A stretch of 58,897 nt of DNA from IMG/VR virus record IMGVR_UViG_3300014962_000007, positions 1 through 58,897 of that record, one strand, 5' to 3'. Below, in pieces: positions 35,875 to 42,845 of this stretch. Numbering within the stretch: the stretch's first letter is position 1; every line of letters begins with the position of its first letter. The position numbers were made by a program, and so were the translations under genes. The notes below the pieces were generated by a model. That model was not told where the DNA came from. It made no database searches and worked only from the letters and a program-made list of their open reading frames with translations. Source of the stretch: a virus (Duplodnaviria > Caudoviricetes).

Positions 35875-37914
35875 TTACAGTTGGATTGCCACTGCAATAA
35901 CATCCCAGCGTGTGTTTGCTGCGTTGTATATACAGCCTACATATGTAATCTTATTCACACTCGTGGATGCTGGTAGGGTAACCCCGACTGGTGTATAGGT
36001 TCCGTTCCAAGTCAAAGTTCGTAACGTCCCGTTGTCCAAAATACGGAACATCAGCTTGTCCCCATCTAAAGGTGTTCCTATGGGTGCGTTGATTACCAAA
36101 TTGGACGCGAGCGCCGTGTACGCATACATATCCGCAGCCGAGATGTCGGGGGTCAGAGAAGATGCTGATGCCGCCGACACCATACGAGGGTCAATTCGTT
36201 TGTTTTGTAGCGTGACTGTGCCCGTACCTGTAACAACACCAGATGCAGTGTTTGCGGTATTGCCAAGGGCAGTAAGAACCCCAGTGCCCGTGGTTACTGT
36301 TGCTGGTGCAGCCCCCGCGCCTCCACCAACAACCAAGGCATTTGCCGCAAGCGCAGCGGAAGATGCCCAAGTAGTATCGCTGGAGAAATACGGTATTCCG
36401 CCAGATGTACCGGCAACTGTGAACGCGGGCGTTGTTGTCCCGTTCGCAACGGAAACAATGCCACCAGTCCAAGAAACCGAAGTGACGGTTCCGGTCCATG
36501 GGACGTTCACGACACCTTGGCCATCGGCATTGACTTGCAATGCGTAGGTGCGTGAGGCGGTGCTTGTGACAGCGTTTGCAGCAGTGGCCTGCACCGTATC
36601 CGAACCCAATTCAATGCCGCCGCGCACTGTGCTTGTCGCGGCAGGAAGGGTATATACGGTATCTGTCCAAGGCACATTCACGACACCCTGACCAGTAGCG
36701 TTGACTTGAAGGCCGTATGTTCTGCTGGCGGTGCTTGTGACAGCGTTTGCAGCAGTGGTCTGCACCGTATCTGAGGTAAGCTCAATCAGACCAAGCGTTG
36801 TAGACGTTGCCAGCGAATATGTAGTGTTGGTGCTTGAAATGGTGAAGTTTGGATACGTCCCCGTCACCGTGGTCGCGCCAGAACCAGTCAGTGCAACAGT
36901 TTGGTCTGGTGCGCTGTTGGCAATCGTAATGCTGCCTGCGCCGTTGGTGATGGAAATTCCAGTGCCTTGCGTCAGCGTTGCTTTGGCAAGCGTGTTGCCC
37001 GTGCTGTTTCCAATCAACAGTTGACCGTTGGTGTAAGTGGTCTGCCCTGTACCGCCATTTGCTACCGGAAGCGTGCCAGTCACCCCAGTTGCAAGCGGCA
37101 AACCCGTGGCGTTCGTCAGGGTGGCAGCAGAGGGCGTCCCAAGGTTGGGTGTGGTTAGCGTCGGGCTGGTAGCAAAGACCAAAGCGCCAGAGCCCGTCTC
37201 ACCTGTCACCGCCGCTGCAAGATTGGCAGAAGACGGAGTGGCAAGGAACGTAGCCACACCAGCGCCAAGTCCGGAGATGCCTGTAGAGACGGGAAGACCA
37301 GTAGCGTTCGTCAGGGTAACAGCAGAGGGTGTGCCTAAGTTTGGCGTTGTCAATGTCGGCGACGTGGCCAAGACGTTGTTGCCAGTCCCGGTGTTTGCCA
37401 CACTCACAATCTCTTTGCTGGCGTTTAAAGCCAGCGCAGTCGAGGCCGTAAGAGCATTTAGCGTTGTGGTGCCAGCTACATCCAAATTGGTGAATGTGCC
37501 CGTGCCATTGATGTTGCTGACCTTAATGAAGTCAGACCCGTTCCATGCCACGATGGCCGCTTCGTTCTTGGCAATCGTTACGCCGGTTGTGGGGCCAACA
37601 GCGCGGAATACAATCGACTGCGTACCAGCTGATTTGTTGATGACCACATAGGCTTTTGACTGCGCCGGGGCAGTAATGTTTCGCGTCGTCGTGCCATTGG
37701 CTGTCCACAGAATAATCGCCTGTCGTGCCTGATTGGCTGCGCCAGTCGTGGTGGATAGCGTTACGTCGGCATCAGTGTTCAGGGTGGTTGTGCCTGCTAC
37801 GGCGGTGTCAAGCAATGACGTGATGGAGTCATTAACAGTGTCTCCCCATGTGCCCGACAACTCGCCCGTCACTGGCAATGCCAGCCCAAGGAGTGATGTG
37901 TATTGCGTTGCCAT
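35875..37914 (-). CDS. tail fibre protein
   Basis: GELSGTWG N-terminal anchor; TSPTLTTPNLGTPSA x2; ~57-aa duplicated SDTVQ...QGVVNVPWT unit; C-terminal YVGCIYN...RWDVIAV. Confidence 0.8.
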   Translation of the reverse strand: MATQYTSLLGLALPVTGELSGTWGDTVNDSITSLLDTAVAGTTTLNTDADVTLSTTTGAANQARQAIILWTANGTTTRNITAPAQSKAYVVINKSAGTQSIVFRAVGPTTGVTIAKNEAAIVAWNGSDFIKVSNINGTGTFTNLDVAGTTTLNALTASTALALNASKEIVSVANTGTGNNVLATSPTLTTPNLGTPSAVTLTNATGLPVSTGISGLGAGVATFLATPSSANLAAAVTGETGSGALVFATSPTLTTPNLGTPSAATLTNATGLPLATGVTGTLPVANGGTGQTTYTNGQLLIGNSTGNTLAKATLTQGTGISITNGAGSITIANSAPDQTVALTGSGATTVTGTYPNFTISSTNTTYSLATSTTLGLIELTSDTVQTTAANAVTSTASRTYGLQVNATGQGVVNVPWTDTVYTLPAATSTVRGGIELGSDTVQATAANAVTSTASRTYALQVNADGQGVVNVPWTGTVTSVSWTGGIVSVANGTTTPAFTVAGTSGGIPYFSSDTTWASSAALAANALVVGGGAGAAPATVTTGTGVLTALGNTANTASGVVTGTGTVTLQNKRIDPRMVSAASASSLTPDISAADMYAYTALASNLVINAPIGTPLDGDKLMFRILDNGTLRTLTWNGTYTPVGVTLPASTSVNKITYVGCIYNAANTRWDVIAVAIQL

Positions 37915-37922
37915 AATCTTCC

Positions 37923-38732
37923 TTACGCAGCGATCTGCTGCCAATCAGGTGTTTGCGTTGTCCCGACCTGCGCCCAGCCGGGGGATTGAGCGTCATCGAC
38001 ATTTTGCCACCCGCTTGTCTGGATGTCATCTATTGCAGCCCATCCTGCAGACTGAATGGTTCCTATATTTCCCCATTCGGCGTTTTGAATGTCATTGATC
38101 AGACCCCAGACGTTGACTGACCCAACATATCCAACAGCGTACACGCCGGTGACTTGAACTGTTGCCTTTGCGGAAACAGTTGCCGTACCAACCTGCCCCG
38201 TTGCCTGTACGCCAGTGACATAAATGACAATCGACTGGAGGATGGTGACGTTGCCAATCTGCCCGGTGGCCTCGACGCCCGTGACGTCAATAACACCAGT
38301 GCCTGTTACTGTGACGAAACCAATCTGGCCTGTAGCCGCAACAGTAGCAGTGCCGATCGCTCCAGTAGCCGCAACACCAGTAATGGGAACATTGGCATCA
38401 GTAACAACAGAAACCGTACCAATCTGGCCTGCGGCTTGAACTCCAGTGGGAAATACGTTTGCAGCGCCAGTGACGGTAACTGTGCCCGTCTGGCCGGTTG
38501 CAAAAACACCAATAACGACCGCTGTGGCGCTTGCAGCAACGATAACTGTGCCGACAGCACCGGCAGCCCCTACGCCGGTTACAGGAACATTTGCACCTGC
38601 AGAAACAAAAACGGAGCCAATCTGCCCCGTTGCAGAAACTCCATCTACAAATACTTCGGTGAGGTCAAGCCCCCAAGAGCCTCTGCTCCAAGGGCCGGAC
38701 CCCCATCCTACGTATTCAACAGACGATGCCAC
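37923..38732 (-). CDS. virion protein with VTGV-x-ATG-x-IG-x-V beta repeats
   Basis: GWGSGPWSRGSWG start, ~22-aa repeats, Trp-spaced C-terminal repeats. Confidence 0.7.
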   Translation of the reverse strand: MASSVEYVGWGSGPWSRGSWGLDLTEVFVDGVSATGQIGSVFVSAGANVPVTGVGAAGAVGTVIVAASATAVVIGVFATGQTGTVTVTGAANVFPTGVQAAGQIGTVSVVTDANVPITGVAATGAIGTATVAATGQIGFVTVTGTGVIDVTGVEATGQIGNVTILQSIVIYVTGVQATGQVGTATVSAKATVQVTGVYAVGYVGSVNVWGLINDIQNAEWGNIGTIQSAGWAAIDDIQTSGWQNVDDAQSPGWAQVGTTQTPDWQQIAA

Positions 38733-38741
38733 ATCTCACCA

Positions 38742-39176
38742 TCAGGCAATACGGATGACCGCAGATGATGCGTCATTGATCGGGAACTGCACCGTAAAGT
38801 TACCGGCAGTGGAGGTCTTGTCCCCACCAAAATCCAGCACGCACACGGCGGGGTTCGTCGTTCCGTTGGCCAGATAGATCAGAGCGCCACGGGCTGTGAT
38901 CGTTGCCGTCGCCCATGTGACATCAGAGAAGTCAATGAACGCAGTGGTACCTGAAGATGTAGGCACCTGACTGATCGTCAAACTCTGACCACCGGCGGTG
39001 TACCCGGTACCAACAACTTCGTTGGACGTGGTGTACGCAGTGGTGGCGGCACTCAAAGTGGCCGACGACGTGTACAACGCGATCTTGAATGTTTGGGACG
39101 TGCCCGTACCAAAGTTGAAATTCCCGTTGAGGATTCCAACCTTGAAAGAGGTGCACATCGCTTGAGTGATTGCCAT
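38742..39176 (-). CDS. conserved virion structural protein
   Basis: MAITQAMCTSFK...FKIALYTS...GY.AGG...ARGALIY...VLDFGGDK; SD AAGGAG. Confidence 0.75.
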   Translation of the reverse strand: MAITQAMCTSFKVGILNGNFNFGTGTSQTFKIALYTSSATLSAATTAYTTSNEVVGTGYTAGGQSLTISQVPTSSGTTAFIDFSDVTWATATITARGALIYLANGTTNPAVCVLDFGGDKTSTAGNFTVQFPINDASSAVIRIA

Positions 39177-39187
39177 TTTCTAACTCC

Positions 39188-39823
39188 TTAACTGACAGGG
39201 ATACGGACTTGCCCAGAGCGATACGCATCCTGCCGCAGTTTGCCGTCGCCCAGTTGTTTCAACAGACCAATTGCCTGTACGTACAACTTCTCGTACACAG
39301 CAATCATGTCTTGCTCACCCTTCATGAAGCGGATGGCTTCGACCAATGCGCCATTGAGCAGGGCAGAATCAAACTCATCCCCCAACCACGTGGTACCCGC
39401 CGTCACGATGGACTCAGGGTAGTAGCCATAGTGCAACTCTGCACTATATGCGAGGTCTGGTGTAGGGCCGAGAATAAATGCGGAATCGTCGAAGTTGGCG
39501 TAATGGCGGGGGCGACCACGCGAGGCAAGGTTGTTGATTGGGTACGCCTCACGGATGAAGTTCACATCCTTGTTGAGGAGGAAGTGGTATTCACCGCTCG
39601 TATCAATAACCGCCAGTGAGTAGCAGTACAGGAAGTCCGAAGGGATTTGCAGATACTGATTACCCACAGACATGGTGCCCGTCACGTTTCTACGGAGGGC
39701 TGGAATCTGCACCGTGTTGTAAATCTTCTGCTCAGCCTGTTCCGTAAACATGGCGAGTTCATCCGCCGAGAACTCGTTCTCGCAGATGTCTTGGATGTTG
39801 ATACACAACTCGGTGTAGTTCAT
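39188..39823 (-). CDS. head-tail adaptor / tail tubular protein A-like
   Basis: MNYTEL...QAEQKI...GRPRHYA...LGPTPD..Y...Y...ALLNGALVEA. Confidence 0.65.
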   Translation of the reverse strand: MNYTELCINIQDICENEFSADELAMFTEQAEQKIYNTVQIPALRRNVTGTMSVGNQYLQIPSDFLYCYSLAVIDTSGEYHFLLNKDVNFIREAYPINNLASRGRPRHYANFDDSAFILGPTPDLAYSAELHYGYYPESIVTAGTTWLGDEFDSALLNGALVEAIRFMKGEQDMIAVYEKLYVQAIGLLKQLGDGKLRQDAYRSGQVRIPVS

Positions 39824-39832
39824 GTCTACCTC

Positions 39833-40027
39833 TTAGGCCATGGGGCCACGGCACATAACGCCTTTGGTGGCAGCGCCTGCGCCGCGCATCTTGATACCGC
39901 TGGTTTTGGTGGGGGCGTAGTCGTCCACTCGCTTGTTGGCGATGACGGTCTTCGTTTCCTTGGCGTCCTTTTTAGGCGACACCTCACCAGCAGGTTCCAT
40001 CTTGAATGGTTTGATCTTTCCAGACAT
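39833..40027 (-). CDS. small basic virion-associated protein
   Basis: 64 aa Lys-rich, MRGAGAATKG motif; SD GGAGG. Confidence 0.7.
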   Translation of the reverse strand: MSGKIKPFKMEPAGEVSPKKDAKETKTVIANKRVDDYAPTKTSGIKMRGAGAATKGVMCRGPMA

Positions 40028-40028
40028 A

Positions 40029-40166
40029 TCAGCCTCCACGCTTCTGTGCAGCGACCTTGGCGAGATTTCGGCCCATGGTCTTCATGTCTTGGTTCGTCTT
40101 GCCCGGATTACCCTTGCTTGGACCTTTTTGGGTCGGGGCACTACCTTGAGTTTGCTTCGTTGCCAT
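40029..40166 (-). CDS. small basic protein (45 aa, not in ORF track)
   Basis: Hand-translated MATKQTQGSAPTQKGPSKGNPGKTNQDMKTMGRNLAKVAAQKRGG*; SD AAGGAG. Confidence 0.7.
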   Translation of the reverse strand: MATKQTQGSAPTQKGPSKGNPGKTNQDMKTMGRNLAKVAAQKRGG

Positions 40167-40176
40167 CTCACACTCC

Positions 40177-40566
40177 TTACGTTGTCACGATTGATACTGT
40201 ACCAATTTGTCCCCGCGCAACCAAGGTATTTGGTGTCAGGGGGTCATCATAGCTGCGTGCACCACCCACCGGGTTCCAACCCCACTGGATATTACGGCTA
40301 CCTTCACCAATAGAACCGTCGGCAAGGGTGCCAGATTGCACGTAGGTGTTATCGGGGCGGGGGTTGCGCAACCCCTGTGGGTCGTCCACAGGGTACATGC
40401 CCAACTGCAACTGTGGCTGGTCGGGTTCCCAGCACTCGGGGCACACCAACATGTTGACCTGCTTGGTCTTGATCACCAACGTGCGCAACTCGCGCAAGCG
40501 GAATCGAAACCCGCATCGGTCACAGATCGCAATGGCAATCTTGTTGGAGGCGAAGCGATTACCCAT
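40177..40566 (-). CDS. conserved Zn-binding (CxxC...CxxC) late protein
   Basis: ICDRCGF...VCPECWEPDQPQL...DPQGLRNPRPD. Confidence 0.75.
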   Translation of the reverse strand: MGNRFASNKIAIAICDRCGFRFRLRELRTLVIKTKQVNMLVCPECWEPDQPQLQLGMYPVDDPQGLRNPRPDNTYVQSGTLADGSIGEGSRNIQWGWNPVGGARSYDDPLTPNTLVARGQIGTVSIVTT

Positions 40567-41276
40567 CAACCGCCCCCGATGTACGAGCGGCGCGGCACAA
40601 ACCGCACAGCAGCTTTTTCCCGATCCTCACCTGCGGCCAGATTGAACTGCTCCTCGTAGGCGTCTTTGAGCATCGGGACGCGCTGCGCCAACTCCGGCAC
40701 CTTCATAGCGATGTGGTACGCCAGCCCGGCAGTCAGTGCAGGCAGGAAGCGGAAGTTCATGTCGGGTGTCTGGACACCTGCGCCAGCGTCTTCAATGCGG
40801 CGCATGCGCCAGTATTTGAAGACGTAGTACGGGTTCTCTTCGGTACCCTGATCGGGAACCGGCCAGACAACGATCTTGGGATTGTCGCGAAGGCGGCGAA
40901 CCCAGACTTGAATCGGGCGAGCTTGCTGGAGCTTGTTGGGGATCGTCGCGTAAGTAGAGACACTGATGCGAGTGATTGTCAGGTCCGCTTGTGTGGACAC
41001 ATTGCCTGCGCCCGTACGAACGACGTGCTCCATGAGGTCGATGGTGTCAGCAGGGAGGTCATATTCGGCCTGCCCTTGAACGAGGTTCACAGTGCCCTCG
41101 TCAATCGTCCACATGTTGATGCCACGGTTCTGCCACTCGATGGTCATCAGGTTCATGGAACGACGCGCAGTGCGCAAGTCGTAGCCAGAACGCATCTCAC
41201 GACCGGCACGCTCCCACGCCTCCTCCGCCACGTCGGTGAATTCGAGGTTGAAGTCAGAGGTGCCTGAAGTGGTCAT
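40566..41276 (-). CDS. head-completion/adaptor protein
   Basis: MTTSGT.DF...EEAWERAG...ARRSMNL...EWQNRGINMW...VWPVPD...GLAYHIAMK. Confidence 0.65.
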   Translation of the reverse strand: MTTSGTSDFNLEFTDVAEEAWERAGREMRSGYDLRTARRSMNLMTIEWQNRGINMWTIDEGTVNLVQGQAEYDLPADTIDLMEHVVRTGAGNVSTQADLTITRISVSTYATIPNKLQQARPIQVWVRRLRDNPKIVVWPVPDQGTEENPYYVFKYWRMRRIEDAGAGVQTPDMNFRFLPALTAGLAYHIAMKVPELAQRVPMLKDAYEEQFNLAAGEDREKAAVRFVPRRSYIGGG

Positions 41277-41443
41277 TTCTTGCCTTTCGCGGTGCCGCCC
41301 TGCGCAAAGAGAGTGAACTTGTCGCCGTCCTTGCGGCGCTTGGTCACGCCGTTGTCGTCGAACTTGTCACCATCTTTGCGGCGCATGGTTTTTCCACCCG
41401 GCATCTTGCTCGGGTTGATTGCTCCCATGCCTCGGCTGGCCAT
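41273..41443 (-). CDS. small basic protein (56 aa, not in ORF track)
   Basis: Hand-translated MASRGMGAINPSKMPGGKTMRRKDGDKFDDNGVTKRRKDGDKFTLFAQGGTAKGKK*; start/stop overlaps on both sides; RRKDGDKF x2. Confidence 0.7.
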   Translation of the reverse strand: MASRGMGAINPSKMPGGKTMRRKDGDKFDDNGVTKRRKDGDKFTLFAQGGTAKGKK

Positions 41444-41736
41444 CACAGCATACGCCCCTTGGTCTTGCCCTGACGTGCAATACCGTCAGCACGGCGCGAA
41501 GCGGAGCCCACAGAGCCACCCTTTTTGAATGCAGGGGTAACGCCCTTACCTTCGAGGCTACCCGGCAGGGCTGCACCGCCGCCAGCATCAGGTTCAGAAC
41601 GCACAGGGCGCTTGACTGGGGCGGGCTTCTTCATAGCGGGCTTTTTGGGGCCGGGTGTCACAGACGCGCCGTCCACATCTTGAGGTACGGGCATGCCTGC
41701 ACGAAACATACCGCCGTCGGCGTACTTCTTTTTCAT
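41443..41736 (-). CDS. small basic protein with YADGG/FKKGG and RADGIA..GKTKG motifs
   Basis: ATGA overlap; Lys/Pro-rich. Confidence 0.75.
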   Translation of the reverse strand: MKKKYADGGMFRAGMPVPQDVDGASVTPGPKKPAMKKPAPVKRPVRSEPDAGGGAALPGSLEGKGVTPAFKKGGSVGSASRRADGIARQGKTKGRML

Positions 41737-42095
41737 TTGCACATCCCGCCTTTCTTCATGACGATCTGAGTACCCTTGGTCTTGCCCTTCTTGGCAACAC
41801 CGTCAGCAGCCTTGCGGAACACGCTGCCGCCCTTCTTGTACTCCATCGCCTCTTTGCGTTCTTCGGCCACCATCTTCTTGGGAAGACCGGCCTTTTCCAT
41901 CGCCTTGGCGTGGCGCATTTCCATTGCTTTCTTGCTCGTAGCCATAGTGTCACCACCTTTCGCAAATTTGCGGCCTTTGTCGGCCTGTGTGAAATCTTTT
42001 CCCACAGACTGTGGGACTCCTGCCTTCTTGGCAAACGCGGGGTTGTGCGCCACCGCTGCCATGAAGTTGTGTTGAGCTTTACTCTTGCTCGGCAT
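41733..42095 (-). CDS. small basic protein with FAKGG/YKKGG/MKKGG motifs
   Basis: 120 aa; SD GAGGAG; AADGVAKKGKTKG motif shared with next gene. Confidence 0.8.
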   Translation of the reverse strand: MPSKSKAQHNFMAAVAHNPAFAKKAGVPQSVGKDFTQADKGRKFAKGGDTMATSKKAMEMRHAKAMEKAGLPKKMVAEERKEAMEYKKGGSVFRKAADGVAKKGKTKGTQIVMKKGGMCK

Positions 42096-42279
42096 TGTTG
42101 GCTCCTCTACGACCTGTCAGGCTGCGCACAGTATCGGTCTCCCAAATACGGATGCCGGTCCAGACAATCGTGAAAACTGCGGCGATTGAAGGTAGCATGT
42201 CGATCAGGGTGCCCAGCACCGTGGCAACGGAAAGCACATCGACGACGTGCTTTGCGGTTTCAGAAAGTTCGTTCTTCAT
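42079..42279 (-). CDS. small membrane protein (holin-like)
   Basis: Hydrophobic segments VLSVATVLGTLI / LPSIAAVFTIVWTGIRIW, basic C-terminus. Confidence 0.65.
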   Translation of the reverse strand: MKNELSETAKHVVDVLSVATVLGTLIDMLPSIAAVFTIVWTGIRIWETDTVRSLTGRRGANNAEQE

Positions 42280-42280
42280 C

Positions 42281-42535
42281 TCAACAATTCCATGCCCGCA
42301 GGCTCTTGTTGATGCGACTGTTGGGGTCTTTGGCCGTCTTCTCGCTGGTCAGCTTCTTTTTCATGCCGGTCATTCTGGCACAGAAGGAGTCGCGGCGGGG
42401 GCCGCCCTCTGGTTGAGGAGCTTTCAACCCCGGCTTGCCGGGATTCGCCTTGTTGTAGGAAGCCCGCCCCTTGGCGTTCAAGCCGCCTTTCTCGGACTTC
42501 CCCTCTTTTCGCTGCCATGCTGGTGACTTAGCCAT
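42281..42535 (-). CDS. conserved small basic phage protein
   Basis: KGGLNAKGRASY...RRDSFCARM.GM...NSRINKSLRAWNC; SD AGGAG. Confidence 0.8.
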   Translation of the reverse strand: MAKSPAWQRKEGKSEKGGLNAKGRASYNKANPGKPGLKAPQPEGGPRRDSFCARMTGMKKKLTSEKTAKDPNSRINKSLRAWNC

Positions 42536-42543
42536 GTTTGCTC

Positions 42544-42831
42544 CTACGCCCACACCCGGGCGGGTGTAGCGACTTCAACTGAAAATGATACCAGCTCAGG
42601 CAGCAGCTGGCCACGCACATTCACATGCCAGCCGGGGATGGCTTCGGCGGCTTGACCACCCTCCTCGTCAAACTCGCCAACAGGCTTCCAGATCACACCG
42701 ATCACGTCGATGGAGCCGGGATAGCCTTCCAACACTTGGTTGGCTTCTTCCTCGCTGGCGAACTTGAGGTAGAGGTCGCCCCAAGCAGGCTGCTCTACCG
42801 GCTCTTGCAGGATCAGTTCTTGTTCTTCCAT
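42544..42831 (-). CDS. hypothetical protein (fibre-associated)
   Basis: DLYLKF...IDVIG.I...GWHVNVR...P.RVWA; SD AGGAG. Confidence 0.7.
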   Translation of the reverse strand: MEEQELILQEPVEQPAWGDLYLKFASEEEANQVLEGYPGSIDVIGVIWKPVGEFDEEGGQAAEAIPGWHVNVRGQLLPELVSFSVEVATPARVWA

Positions 42832-42845
42832 GTTGTTTTCTCCTA

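Noticed and set aside
40029-40045. Ubiquitin-like C-terminal Gly-Gly in the 45-aa protein (also IGGG and IGG ends of other genes)
   Set aside because: The codons are the GGAGG/GGGGG Shine-Dalgarno of the next gene; no conjugation enzymes seen.
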